Part shown: positions 1 through 10,094 of the stretch, one piece after another
Layout of the letters: each line of letters begins with the position of its first letter
How positions within the stretch are numbered: the first letter of the stretch is position 1
Origin: a bacterium
Lineage (GTDB): Bacteria > Patescibacteriota > Patescibacteriia > HK-STAS-PATE-3
Reading direction: 5' to 3'
Assembly: GCA_043800725.1 (NCBI GenBank)
Contig: JAZDMR010000015.1
Location: 68,065 to 132,064 of the forward strand
Length of the DNA stretch: 64,000 nt
Position numbers and translations under genes: made by a program
Notes under the pieces: generated by a model
Databases searched by the model: none
Told to the model about the DNA's origin: nothing
What the model saw: only the letters and a program-made list of their open reading frames with translations

Positions 1-561
1 CTTGATAAACAGGTAGTAGGGTAGTAATAGGCAAGAGAATAGAATACGGACAATTCTTTTCTTTCTTGAAGTTATAACCGTTCTCAATATATCCCATATT
101 AGAGTGGCCGAGTTGCCAAAAGTATCAATGTGATATTCCTGAATACCGGTTTGGCGAATGATTTCCTCGAAATACATTCGAGTAAAACGTATTCTGTCTT
201 TACTGTCTCTGACCAGGAAGGGGATGCTTAGCAATAGATTACCGTCATTTTTTAGTACTCGTAGCATTTCCTTGAGCGCTTGTTGAAAGTTGTGGCTATA
301 GCATAAAACCTCAAAGAAGATAACATTATTAAAGCTTTCGTCAGCGAAGTCGAGTGAGTGCATATCACCTTGCAGTATATTCTTTTCAGGATCGGCCTGT
401 ATATCAATGGCGGTAATATTGTCAGCTTTGAATAATTTATCATATCTTCGGCTGCCCGAACCCACGTCAAGCACCTGGCCAGTAACTTTTGAGGAATATA
501 ATTTGATATGGCGCTCTAATAATTGGCGGTGGTAGCTTTTTGATAAAAATTTAGAAAACAT
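1..561 (-). CDS. class I SAM-dependent methyltransferase; the 3' end runs off the window edge, so it is absent from the ORF track
   Basis: Manual minus-strand translation from ATG at 561..559 gives MFSKFLSKSYHRQLLERHIKLYSSKVTGQVLDVGSGSRRYDKLF...LKNDGNLLLSIP..., with no stop before position 1. VLDVGSGS is methyltransferase motif I. Confidence 0.55.
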   Translation of the reverse strand, partial: MFSKFLSKSYHRQLLERHIKLYSSKVTGQVLDVGSGSRRYDKLFKADNITAIDIQADPEKNILQGDMHSLDFADESFNNVIFFEVLCYSHNFQQALKEMLRVLKNDGNLLLSIPFLVRDSKDRIRFTRMYFEEIIRQTGIQEYHIDTFGNSATLIWDILRTVITSRKKRIVRILFSCLLLPYYLFIK

Positions 562-580
562 GATTTTGATCGATACAGTT

Positions 581-1654
581 TTATGTAACAAACTCTCTGA
601 AATCAAGCTCTTTTTCAATGCCTATCACTTGGGCGATAACTGATATCCCCCAGAGAAACATTACTGTTCCATGAATGTCCGGTTCATTTTTACCTTTTGT
701 GATCTTGGCATTGTAGTAATAATTGCCCGCCATGTTTTCAAAAAAAGAAAAGCCGCCGATTTCATGAAAATAATATTTCTTGTACAATTGGAGCCTATTA
801 TACATAAAATTTTTAATTTCGTCTATCCGGTAAGAGTGGCCTAACAATTGACTGCAGTATTTTAATATATAAGCAACGTTAAAATTATCACAAGCGTGTT
901 TGTCGTTTTTTGCCTCGAGGGAAGTATCGATAATTTTTTCCGGCAGATCGAAGGTAACCTTATCAGCCACTTTCAAACCGGAAATGATTTTCATGGCCCC
1001 ATTAATTTTCTGTTGAGTGGAAGCAGCGCCCTGATACCAGAAACCGTCATCTTTTTGTATTGTCTTTACCCAGTCTATTACGCAGTTGATCAGTGTTTCT
1101 TTATTCGATAAACTACTATAACTGAGAAAGAACAACAAATGACTAAAATGACTGCCGGCACTCCAGGGTAATTTCCAGTCTAGATTTTCTAAAAATTGTT
1201 TGATATTATTTTCCGATTGTGGAAAATTTAGATAGTCATAGTTTGGTTTAATTCCAAATAGGGAAAGACTGGAGATAGCCTGCCTGGTTTCCGCCTGATT
1301 AACATATTTTTTTGATAGATAATCCAAATTCATTTTTTTTAGAGCGGCCGAATAGGACTTCGGTAGAGAAAGTGCGGAAAGTAGTTTATCCGAGAATTCG
1401 CCATTTTTATTTTGAAAACTTTTTATAAATTCACCAGCTGTTTCAATTTCATTTTTAAATAAATCTTCAATTTTCAGCGTGTAAATAATTTTTAAAAAAA
1501 ATACTGCATTGCCTAGCCCCCATTTAATTCTTTCGCTATAATAATCACCAGTATAGGAATAGTGATAAAAACCTTTTCGTTTAGTGCCTTTAATCTTTTT
1601 TAAAAAGTCAGGAGCTTTTTTCTTTAAATTATATAGCCACTCAATATCACTCAT
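581..1654 (-). CDS. hypothetical protein; aromatic/glycine-rich repeats (GFYHYSY, DDGFWYQGA, GGFSFFEN) suggest an alpha/alpha-toroid-like fold
   Basis: 357-aa ORF, first gene of the minus-strand GT/MTase operon. Its stop overlaps the next start (1651/1654). No firm family assignment from sequence alone. Confidence 0.5.
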   Translation of the reverse strand: MSDIEWLYNLKKKAPDFLKKIKGTKRKGFYHYSYTGDYYSERIKWGLGNAVFFLKIIYTLKIEDLFKNEIETAGEFIKSFQNKNGEFSDKLLSALSLPKSYSAALKKMNLDYLSKKYVNQAETRQAISSLSLFGIKPNYDYLNFPQSENNIKQFLENLDWKLPWSAGSHFSHLLFFLSYSSLSNKETLINCVIDWVKTIQKDDGFWYQGAASTQQKINGAMKIISGLKVADKVTFDLPEKIIDTSLEAKNDKHACDNFNVAYILKYCSQLLGHSYRIDEIKNFMYNRLQLYKKYYFHEIGGFSFFENMAGNYYYNAKITKGKNEPDIHGTVMFLWGISVIAQVIGIEKELDFREFVT

Positions 1655-2661
1655 AATCTTTTTAATTTTCTAAAATAAACCATTAGCATTATGTAGTAGT
1701 AGTTGAAGATATTTCCTTTTTTCACATCATAGGTTCTTTGTTCTTTTTTTGAGAAAATCGTTTTTGAAAAATCAATATATTTATTGGCGATCGTCTCTAT
1801 GTTAGGCAAATTGATTTTGGGTTGGAAATAATCTAATTTTGATGCTGCCTCATCAATTTTTTTCAATACATCATCGATGCCATAAAAAATTACTCCTGCA
1901 TCGCCGACAATTTCCGGGTGACTGGAGTTATTTCTAGCTACCGGCACACAACCACAGTGCATTGCCTCAAGTAATGCGTTTGAACATGATTCCATAAAAG
2001 ACGCGGAAATAAAGATATCGCTATTACGCAGATACTCTGCCAGTTCATTACTGGGCAATGGCTCAATAGTGCGGAAATTCTTGAATGTGATCGGTGAATT
2101 ACCGATGAAGAGTATATCATATTTATTAAAATCCAATTCTGCGTCCAAATATTGATATATATCGAAACCTTTCCACCAGTTAGCCGACCAACTGGTGATA
2201 ATTATTTTAATTTTACCATCCTCATATTTTTTCTGGTTATTACCATGATAAAATATTTTTGGATCCGGAGCGTTTATAATTACCTTTTCGTATTTATTGT
2301 GTTTCATACCCAGTTCATGATTGCTTCGTTCACTCCATAGGGACTGAAAAATTGTCCCGTCGACAAATGACTGGTTAAAATAATAAAGAATTTTATCGAT
2401 AAAACGATCTTTTTCTCTATAAACGGATATTGGTCCATCAATCCTATGTAATAATATTTTATCTTTCTTTTTTAAATTTAAAATCTGCCGAAATCTATAT
2501 TCATCTCGGAAAGGATAACTATTGAAAATGATCACATCAGCATTATTAGGATCGTCGATATATAAATCCTGTCTCTCAAACTCATTTTTTAAAGCTTTTA
2601 GAAATTGATTACCACCACCAAAGGGACCCTCTTGGAGTTCGCAGAGAATATTAATTTTCAT
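1651..2661 (-). CDS. glycosyltransferase (GT4-like)
   Basis: C-terminal EAMHCGCVPVA..HPEIV motif is typical of GT-B/GT4 enzymes. 4-bp overlaps with neighbours imply translational coupling. Confidence 0.6.
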   Translation of the reverse strand: MKINILCELQEGPFGGGNQFLKALKNEFERQDLYIDDPNNADVIIFNSYPFRDEYRFRQILNLKKKDKILLHRIDGPISVYREKDRFIDKILYYFNQSFVDGTIFQSLWSERSNHELGMKHNKYEKVIINAPDPKIFYHGNNQKKYEDGKIKIIITSWSANWWKGFDIYQYLDAELDFNKYDILFIGNSPITFKNFRTIEPLPSNELAEYLRNSDIFISASFMESCSNALLEAMHCGCVPVARNNSSHPEIVGDAGVIFYGIDDVLKKIDEAASKLDYFQPKINLPNIETIANKYIDFSKTIFSKKEQRTYDVKKGNIFNYYYIMLMVYFRKLKRL

Positions 2662-3724
2662 TTATAGCGATATTATAAATATCTTTATAGTATTTTTTTG
2701 CTATTTTACTCCAGTTATATTTTAACACTTCTTGCTGACCATTTACTGCCAGTTTCTGCCTAAACTTTTCATCTGTAATAATTTTATTAACCTTTTCGGT
2801 CAGATCATTTAGGTCATTTATCTCCGAGAATAAAGCATTTTCTCCTTCAAGTGCAATATCCTTAATCATACCAACCTTGGTGCCAATAAAGGGTATAGCG
2901 GTGGCCCATGATTCCAGTATTGCCTTAGGTCCGCCCTCTTGCCTGGAAGTCATTAGATAACAATCTAGAGTACAGTAATAATCACGCATATCTAAATATT
3001 TTTTTACATAAACATGTGTGTAGGGGATATTTGATTTTTTTAGTCTTTCCTTAACATAGTCTCTAGCCGGTCCTGTTAGCAAGACGTGGATATTTTTATT
3101 TTTTTTAAATAAAGTTTCCATAATTTCACAAAAAATATCCGGCCCTTTGATTAGCTTGGGCTGCAAACCGCCTTTCCAGCCCACACCGTCCTTTTGAAAG
3201 GAACCGATAATTAATTTGTCTATAGGCAGTCCAAGCTTAGTCCTTAACTCCGTTTTTTGATGGGAATCGGCAGGTCTAAAGTAATCTAGATTAACACCCA
3301 GGGGTATAACAACTATTTTTTCAGACGGAATTCCTAAATCAATTAAACCTTTTTTTGTATTCTGTGAGGCAGTATGAAAACAATCAACAGACTTAATCAG
3401 TTGAGGGATGAATTTGATATTTTTATCATTATCGGTTAGGTGGAACCAGGTCAGGACCACATAATTACTTAGATTAACATTTACTATTTGACCGTGATTA
3501 ATAATCGTATGAATCGATCCGAAATGAATTATTTTATTTTTTAATCCTATCGGAGTGGTACTGGTTCTGGATTTGATCAAAGCCAGACTGTTTAAATTCT
3601 CCGTTAACTGCTTGCCGTCCCAGTTGATTGACCATTCCGGCTCCTCGACAATATAAATAAGTTTATAGTCTCGATCGAAAATATTTTTGATTACTTTTAT
3701 TAATGCTTGCGGTGATCTAATCAT
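2651..3724 (-). CDS. glycosyltransferase family 4
   Basis: GT4 C-terminal domain (EGGPKAILESWATAIPFIGTKVGMIKDI). Same operon. Confidence 0.7.
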   Translation of the reverse strand: MIRSPQALIKVIKNIFDRDYKLIYIVEEPEWSINWDGKQLTENLNSLALIKSRTSTTPIGLKNKIIHFGSIHTIINHGQIVNVNLSNYVVLTWFHLTDNDKNIKFIPQLIKSVDCFHTASQNTKKGLIDLGIPSEKIVVIPLGVNLDYFRPADSHQKTELRTKLGLPIDKLIIGSFQKDGVGWKGGLQPKLIKGPDIFCEIMETLFKKNKNIHVLLTGPARDYVKERLKKSNIPYTHVYVKKYLDMRDYYCTLDCYLMTSRQEGGPKAILESWATAIPFIGTKVGMIKDIALEGENALFSEINDLNDLTEKVNKIITDEKFRQKLAVNGQQEVLKYNWSKIAKKYYKDIYNIAINEN

Positions 3725-3730
3725 AAAGTT

Positions 3731-4366
3731 TTATACTTTTACCACTTTCGTCCATATCTCGCCAAATTGAATGCTGTAATTTTCCATTTTCCAACCGGCA
3801 GCCTCGAGCTCCTGTTTTAGAGCGTCGTGAGTATATTCAATAAAGTGTGTTTTATCAAGACGATACTCAAAATTATTTTCCTTTTTGTAAATTGTTAACC
3901 AGTCACGGCTAATCAACGGAACTCTTATCAAGATTACGTCAGAAATGTCATGTAATTTGGATAGGAAAGAAGTCCGGTCCTCGATATGTTCCAATACATT
4001 CGACAATACTATTTTATCAAACCTGTTTTTAAAGTTATGTTTGACGGCATCACCGATAATAAACGTTAGGTTTTCTCGGGTGTAGTGTTTTTGAGCGAAA
4101 TTAATATTGTTAGAGGAGAAGTCAATGCCTGTGACCTGCTTGGCTTTTTTTGCAATATCATAGGTGTTATCACCTTTCCCGCAGCCTATATCTATTACGA
4201 CGTCAGTAGTAGAAACATTATCAACGAAGAATTTATGATAATCGATTATCCTATGTTTTGGATGAACGCCGTTATTTAATCTTACGGCCAATGAAGATAT
4301 TTTATAATATGAATAATTGCTTAAGAAGATAAAAATTTTCATTAATAGCCAATTGACGCTTTTCAT
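3731..4366 (-). CDS. class I SAM-dependent methyltransferase
   Basis: Motif I VIDIGCGKGDNT followed by an acidic residue (TGIDFS). Confidence 0.7.
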   Translation of the reverse strand: MKSVNWLLMKIFIFLSNYSYYKISSLAVRLNNGVHPKHRIIDYHKFFVDNVSTTDVVIDIGCGKGDNTYDIAKKAKQVTGIDFSSNNINFAQKHYTRENLTFIIGDAVKHNFKNRFDKIVLSNVLEHIEDRTSFLSKLHDISDVILIRVPLISRDWLTIYKKENNFEYRLDKTHFIEYTHDALKQELEAAGWKMENYSIQFGEIWTKVVKV

Positions 4367-5158
4367 TTATATTTTTCTCAAAACTAATAAAATGGTATGA
4401 CCGCTGAAGTATTTAAAAGCTCTGGAAAATACTATGCCGATTAGTCTGCTTACGAATGAATTGCTATCATAAATTTTTTGTAAAACCGGTTTGATGAGTG
4501 ATATTTCATCCTTCATTCCTTTTACGGCATCAAGGGGAGTACTCTGAATTAATTCAAAACCAATCTTTTCAAGGTCGGTTATGACATCTTCCTTGTTAAG
4601 CATAAATTGATAGAAATCACTTATTTCAATTTCGTGGTTATTAAGCTGGTCATATTTATTTAACATCGCTTTGAGCTTTCTCAAAAGTGACATGTATGGA
4701 AAGGTTAAAAATAAGTAACCACGTTTTTTAATAACACGATTCATCTCTTCTATTATAGAAGTATATCCATCATAGAAGTGTTCAATTACCCCCAGAGACC
4801 AATAGCCATCAAAGTATTCATTTGGAAATGGAATTTTTCTAACGTCTCCGCAGGTTATTTTAAGATTTGGAAAAAGTGTATTGGTTTTTTTTACTGTGCG
4901 CTCAGCATAATCAATCCCAAACGCATCATATCCGAAATGACTTAATGCATGTACTTTATCACCAAGTCCGCATCCGCCTTCGAGAATTTTCGTTCCGGAT
5001 TCTAGGTATTTTTCAGTAGTTTTAATAATGAATGATTTTCTGTTTACGTTAAACTTTTTCTGGAGATCATCCTTATCCCAGTGGTCATCCCAAAAATGAG
5101 AGGTGGCTTTTTGTTCAAAAATCGCTAAGCGCCTGTTTTTTACATCATAATACTTCAT
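4367..5158 (-). CDS. class I SAM-dependent methyltransferase
   Basis: Motif I ILEGGCGLGDKV and GIDYAE. Directly abuts the previous MTase. Confidence 0.7.
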   Translation of the reverse strand: MKYYDVKNRRLAIFEQKATSHFWDDHWDKDDLQKKFNVNRKSFIIKTTEKYLESGTKILEGGCGLGDKVHALSHFGYDAFGIDYAERTVKKTNTLFPNLKITCGDVRKIPFPNEYFDGYWSLGVIEHFYDGYTSIIEEMNRVIKKRGYLFLTFPYMSLLRKLKAMLNKYDQLNNHEIEISDFYQFMLNKEDVITDLEKIGFELIQSTPLDAVKGMKDEISLIKPVLQKIYDSNSFVSRLIGIVFSRAFKYFSGHTILLVLRKI

Positions 5159-5167
5159 CTGTGAAAA

Positions 5168-6280
5168 CTAATCGGTTAATTGCTCATATATATCATTTTC
5201 TTGATTGACAATATTTTCAAGACTGAAATGATCTTTAACAGATATCCAGGCCCGTTGGCCAATCTCAATACGTAATTGTTTGTCCTTCATTAATTCAATA
5301 ATTCCATTTTTTATGCTAAGTGAATCAGTCTTGACCAGAAAACCATTTTTTCTGTGCTCAATTAATTCATTAATTCCATTAACGTTTGTACCCAGGCATG
5401 CCATACCGCAGGCCATTGCTTCAATCAAAATTTTAGGCATACCCTCATAAAGTGAAGGTAGCACATAAAGTTTATATTGGTTGAGTATATTTGGCAATTT
5501 TGTGTTAGGTACATTCCGCATAAAATTAACCTTAGCCTCGGTACTTCTCGCAAAATCCGACAATTCAGTTTCCAATACTCCCGAACCGTAGATATCCACA
5601 GAATATTCGAGACCATCCATGGCTTTAATTAGATTGAATAGATTTTTTTGTTCAGTAAGTCTACCAACAATAACAATATCCTTATTCTTTATTGCGTTTA
5701 ATGGCCTGAAGATATTCGTATCAACAAAATTATAAATCACACTGATGCCCGATCTAACTTTATAATTGCTAAGTATGTATTGTTTATCATGCTTACTGGT
5801 AATAATGCTGTGGTCGGCAAACCGATAAGCTAATTTCTCAACCAATCGATAAAAAAAATGTAGAATTGTTCTTTCTTTATTAAATTTTGTTATGGTGTAA
5901 CCCGTTCTAACCAATATTTTTTTTTGATAGAGTATTTTGGAGATAACAGCACTCCAGCTGCCTGACATTTGATTAGTTTTTAAAATCGTACATTCTTTAA
6001 TATACTTTTTCCGGATAAGGGGCAGTAATATTGAGTATAAGAGAGAGCCGTACTTAAAATTAAATAAACTCGGTTTTGGTATAATGATAATCCCATTTGT
6101 TAAATACTTTTCGTATTTTTTATCATCAGAACCATATGTAAACCAATAAATTTTATTAAAAATATTTCTCTGAATAAATTCCTCATACAGTAATTTTTCT
6201 CTGTCCAGCAGATCCATATTTTGCCATCTTTCCACTGATACGCCCTTAGTAAAAAATAAACCTAGTATTTTAGAATCCAT
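5168..6280 (-). CDS. glycosyltransferase family 4
   Basis: EGMPKILIEAMACGMACLGTNVNGINELIEHRKNGFLV matches the GT4 EX7E-region signature. Confidence 0.7.
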   Translation of the reverse strand: MDSKILGLFFTKGVSVERWQNMDLLDREKLLYEEFIQRNIFNKIYWFTYGSDDKKYEKYLTNGIIIIPKPSLFNFKYGSLLYSILLPLIRKKYIKECTILKTNQMSGSWSAVISKILYQKKILVRTGYTITKFNKERTILHFFYRLVEKLAYRFADHSIITSKHDKQYILSNYKVRSGISVIYNFVDTNIFRPLNAIKNKDIVIVGRLTEQKNLFNLIKAMDGLEYSVDIYGSGVLETELSDFARSTEAKVNFMRNVPNTKLPNILNQYKLYVLPSLYEGMPKILIEAMACGMACLGTNVNGINELIEHRKNGFLVKTDSLSIKNGIIELMKDKQLRIEIGQRAWISVKDHFSLENIVNQENDIYEQLTD

Positions 6281-7252
6281 TTACTTATTTTTATATTTCA
6301 AAAACCGATACAATGTGTACACGTAAGGAAAAGTTACCAGAGATGTTAACATAAGTTTGCGTAAATAATCTCCCCGATACTCTTTCAGTATTTTTTTTGC
6401 TTGGAGGTATTGCCCTTTCTGCAAATACTTTAACACGCTTAGCTCAACTACTTTGTTATTCAAGTCTGCCTCATTTAATTTTAAGAATTTAAAAACCTCA
6501 TTAAGTTTAAAAAAATCTAGATTATTATAGGAGTCAAATCCGAATTTTGTTCTTTCAAAATAGAATGCTCGGGCCAACTCTTTTAATAGCAGTTGCTGTT
6601 TCAATTTATTATTTGAAATACTTTCTTCGTTAAAAACTCGGTGGTATATTAGTGGTTGACCGTAGTTTTCAATGACTAAGTTTTTGGTCAGTAAATTCAG
6701 GTAAAAATCATAATCCTGCGAGACTACGAATTTTTCACGATAAAATATTTCTTTGTTGTTCCTAAAGAATATTGTCGGATGGATAATACAATTTTTTTCT
6801 TTTAAAGTATTTTTGATTTCATTGAAACCATAAGTCAATTTCACCGTACTCAGCTTATTCCCATTTGAGTCAATCTTAATAGCCTCGCTGCCCAATAAAA
6901 AAATATCACTATACTTTTCTAAATAATTATACTGCTTTTCAAAGCGATCGATCAGAGCAATATCATCTCCATCCATTCGGGCTATATAGATACCCTTAGA
7001 AACATTTATTGATATATTAAGTGATTTTGTCAGTCCGATGTTTTTAGGATTATTAATCAGAACAATCCTTTTATCGCTTTTGGAGAAATGATCTATAATT
7101 TTTAATGAATTGTCCGTTGAACCATCATTGACAATAATAAATTCAAAATCACTAAACGATTGATTTAATATTGACTTAATTGACTCAGTCAAATAAGTTT
7201 CATTGTTAAAAACTGACATAATGACAGATATTACCGGAAATGACTCTTTCAT
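6281..7252 (-). CDS. glycosyltransferase family 2
   Basis: N-terminal SVIMSVFNNETYL...FEFIIVNDGSTDNS, a GT-A DXD-type motif. Confidence 0.75.
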   Translation of the reverse strand: MKESFPVISVIMSVFNNETYLTESIKSILNQSFSDFEFIIVNDGSTDNSLKIIDHFSKSDKRIVLINNPKNIGLTKSLNISINVSKGIYIARMDGDDIALIDRFEKQYNYLEKYSDIFLLGSEAIKIDSNGNKLSTVKLTYGFNEIKNTLKEKNCIIHPTIFFRNNKEIFYREKFVVSQDYDFYLNLLTKNLVIENYGQPLIYHRVFNEESISNNKLKQQLLLKELARAFYFERTKFGFDSYNNLDFFKLNEVFKFLKLNEADLNNKVVELSVLKYLQKGQYLQAKKILKEYRGDYLRKLMLTSLVTFPYVYTLYRFLKYKNK

Positions 7253-7253
7253 A

Positions 7254-8273
7254 TCATTGAAAATTTATAGGTTTTAATTTTAAATACACATCATCTTTCG
7301 TTACTCTTTTGTGTTGAAGGATTGCTCTTTGTTTGAGATTGTCTTTCAGTTTTCTAACAAAAGTAATGTTTGAAGTAAAGAAGGCGAAAGCAATTCTAAT
7401 TTCTCGGTATTTAACAACATATTTGAATGTTTTTAGAATTTGAAAAGCTATAAAGATCGGAAACCTGATAAATAAATTTCTGATGTTGTAATTTTTAATA
7501 ATACTTCTAGCATGTCCGGAAAATTGATATTTATAAAACTTAAGATAAGTCTTGCTGTCTCGCGAGCGCTTAGCACCCAGATTATAAACAAAGCTTTTCG
7601 TATAGAGAATATTCTTGTAGCCAAAAAGGTAGGCTCTGGGACCAATATCAATGTCATCAAGGTGGAACAGCTGGGTTTGATCAAATCCACCTAGGATAGC
7701 CCAAACTTTCTTAGAAAAAAACATAAATGCACCTGTAGGTCCAGCAATATCTATTATTTCTTTTGGATAATTTAGTATGTTGTTAATGTTAGTTTTATTT
7801 TTGTGCCAATGTAATCCATACCAAGAAAAGTAAATGCCATAATCGCTCGTAATTTTTGAGTCAATGTTTAATAAAGGAACTTGAATAAAAGCATAATCGT
7901 CTGAGTATATTTGTAATAACTTATTTAATAATTGATGATCGTTAAGTAAGATATCATTATCGATTGATAATATGTATTCTCCCTGGGCATGCTCAATGCC
8001 AATATTTTTTCCTTGGGAAAAACCTAAATTCTTTTTATTCTTTATTAATTTAATATTGTGAAATTTCTTAATATAATCAACACTATCGTCAGTTGAACCA
8101 TTATCTACTATGATTATTTCATAATTTGAGTATTCAATCTTAAGAACTGAATCTATAGTTTTTTTCAGATACACTAAACCGTTATAATTCAATATTACAA
8201 TACTGATTAGTGGTTCAGAATCAATATTATTAACATCGTTCAATTGGTTTATGGGTTGTGGCACTTGTGGCAA
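7254..8273 (-). CDS. glycosyltransferase family 2
   Basis: SIVILNYNGLVYL...YEIIIVDNGSTDDS. Confidence 0.75.
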   Translation of the reverse strand: MPQVPQPINQLNDVNNIDSEPLISIVILNYNGLVYLKKTIDSVLKIEYSNYEIIIVDNGSTDDSVDYIKKFHNIKLIKNKKNLGFSQGKNIGIEHAQGEYILSIDNDILLNDHQLLNKLLQIYSDDYAFIQVPLLNIDSKITSDYGIYFSWYGLHWHKNKTNINNILNYPKEIIDIAGPTGAFMFFSKKVWAILGGFDQTQLFHLDDIDIGPRAYLFGYKNILYTKSFVYNLGAKRSRDSKTYLKFYKYQFSGHARSIIKNYNIRNLFIRFPIFIAFQILKTFKYVVKYREIRIAFAFFTSNITFVRKLKDNLKQRAILQHKRVTKDDVYLKLKPINFQ

Positions 8274-8275
8274 AT

Positions 8276-9229
8276 TTAAAACTCTTCTTTTAAAATTTTT
8301 GATATTATATTTTTCCTTCTTTCTAGTTCAATGCGACTAATTCGATTAAAAATCATATGCAGCAAAGAAATCAAGAAAATAATTCCAAATCTAATGAAAA
8401 ATGCCATTTTTAAAATTAGGTAGTCAAAATACAATTTATGCTTTTTAAAATATTTTAACGAAGAAATACAGTAGTTTTTACTGTAATCATAGAAATCGAG
8501 CTTATCAAGTGACTGCTGTTTAATATGGTAGAAGGAAACATCTGATTTATATAATATTTTTTCACCCAACTTTTTTATTCGAAATGACAAGTCGACGTCA
8601 TTGTAAAATAATGGAAAATTTATTTCATCAAGCAAATAATTTAATTTCTTGATTAATTCTCTTTTCATTAGGATTGCTGCACCGGGTGCCTGTTCGACGT
8701 CAAAGTCTTTTTGAAAATCCCTATTCAAGGAGAGATATTTATTAACATTCGGCAAGCTTCTTAATACCGGTACTAATTTTGATAGTCCGGTAGCAAAAAG
8801 CGTAAAAGCAGATGGGAAACTGCGATACATAGTGTTTTGTATGGTTCCGTCTAAATTTAAAAGTTTAACCGTTATAGCCGGGCGGTTATTATTTTTAATA
8901 AAATCTAAGAGTCTATCAACCGACTCTTCAGGTGCTATTATATCGGGGTTAAGCAAGAATATATTTTTTCCTTTAGAGACATTATAACCCTGATTATTAC
9001 CTCCGGAAAAATAATTATTAAAATTATTCTTGATCAATAATATCTGAGGGTACTTTTTTTCAATTAGTTCCGGTGATTTATCAGTTGAATTATTATCAAT
9101 GACAATAATTTCATAGCTGTGTTTTTTTATTGTCTGTTGCAGAGATTCAAGGCAATTTAAAATCACCTCACCACAGTTCCAGTTTACGATTATTATCGAT
9201 AATTCGGGTTGAATACTAGTTGTCCCCAT
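8276..9229 (-). CDS. glycosyltransferase family 2
   Basis: SIIIVNWNCGEV...YEIIVIDNNSTDKS. Confidence 0.75.
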   Translation of the reverse strand: MGTTSIQPELSIIIVNWNCGEVILNCLESLQQTIKKHSYEIIVIDNNSTDKSPELIEKKYPQILLIKNNFNNYFSGGNNQGYNVSKGKNIFLLNPDIIAPEESVDRLLDFIKNNNRPAITVKLLNLDGTIQNTMYRSFPSAFTLFATGLSKLVPVLRSLPNVNKYLSLNRDFQKDFDVEQAPGAAILMKRELIKKLNYLLDEINFPLFYNDVDLSFRIKKLGEKILYKSDVSFYHIKQQSLDKLDFYDYSKNYCISSLKYFKKHKLYFDYLILKMAFFIRFGIIFLISLLHMIFNRISRIELERRKNIISKILKEEF

Positions 9230-10094
9230 TTTTTTTAATCATTATTGTTAACCGAGAGGATTTTCTAAACAGATATGGCAATAAAGCTAGAGGAATGAAT
9301 AAAACAGTTAGTAACAAGTAGTATACAAAATTCAATCTTGGGAACTTTAATTTAAAAAAGTTATACAATTCGTTAATTGTAAACTCATTTTTGACAGTAG
9401 TATGAAATGAAGTATCGTCAAATAACAGCTTGATAGACTTCTCTGAAAAAATATTTAAATGCCTAGGAGCGTCAAATACGTAAGTATGATTTTTAAACCA
9501 CTTCAAAAAAAGAAAATTAGAATTTGGAGTCTTAATAAAAATTATCCCATTGGATGTTATTAGACTTTTAATTTTATTTACTATTATTTTTGGATTATAG
9601 AAATGTTCTATAACATGACTCATTATGACCAGGTCAAAATTTTCATCGAAAGATAATTCTTCAAAATTACCAATTTTGGTTTTAATTCCTGATGCAGATA
9701 ATGATATCATTTCTGTCTCGTCAATATCAGTTGCGGTTACTTCATAGCCCTTTTGAAAAAAATATTTCGAATAGAGTCCGCTTCCCGCGCCGATTTCCAA
9801 GATTTTTGCATTCTTCTTATACTGCATCTCTTTTAATAATTTATTAACCATACGAACTGCTAAAATACTTCTTATTTTACTGAATATTTTGTTTTGAAAC
9901 CGACTGTAATTTTTTGGATAAACTTCTGATATTTCATTTTGTCCAAGTGGATTACCCAAGAATAGGGTTTCACATTTGATACATCTATTAAAAAAAAATT
10001 CTTCAGATACACATTTATATGGATCTTTTATTTCAGAATATTGTTTTCTAATGTCATCGTTACCGCAGATAGGGCAATTTATTACACCGCTCAT
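9216..10094 (-). CDS. SAM-dependent methyltransferase with N-terminal Cys4 zinc-ribbon
   Basis: CPICGN...CIKCETLF followed by motif I LEIGAGSGLYSKYF and TATDIDE. Confidence 0.65.
   Translation of the reverse strand: MSGVINCPICGNDDIRKQYSEIKDPYKCVSEEFFFNRCIKCETLFLGNPLGQNEISEVYPKNYSRFQNKIFSKIRSILAVRMVNKLLKEMQYKKNAKILEIGAGSGLYSKYFFQKGYEVTATDIDETEMISLSASGIKTKIGNFEELSFDENFDLVIMSHVIEHFYNPKIIVNKIKSLITSNGIIFIKTPNSNFLFLKWFKNHTYVFDAPRHLNIFSEKSIKLLFDDTSFHTTVKNEFTINELYNFFKLKFPRLNFVYYLLLTVLFIPLALLPYLFRKSSRLTIMIKKNGDN

Noticed and set aside
252-470. Track ORF of 72 aa on the minus strand
   Set aside because: It lies out of frame inside the longer methyltransferase reading frame (1..561), which has clear SAM-MTase motifs. 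It is a frame artefact.
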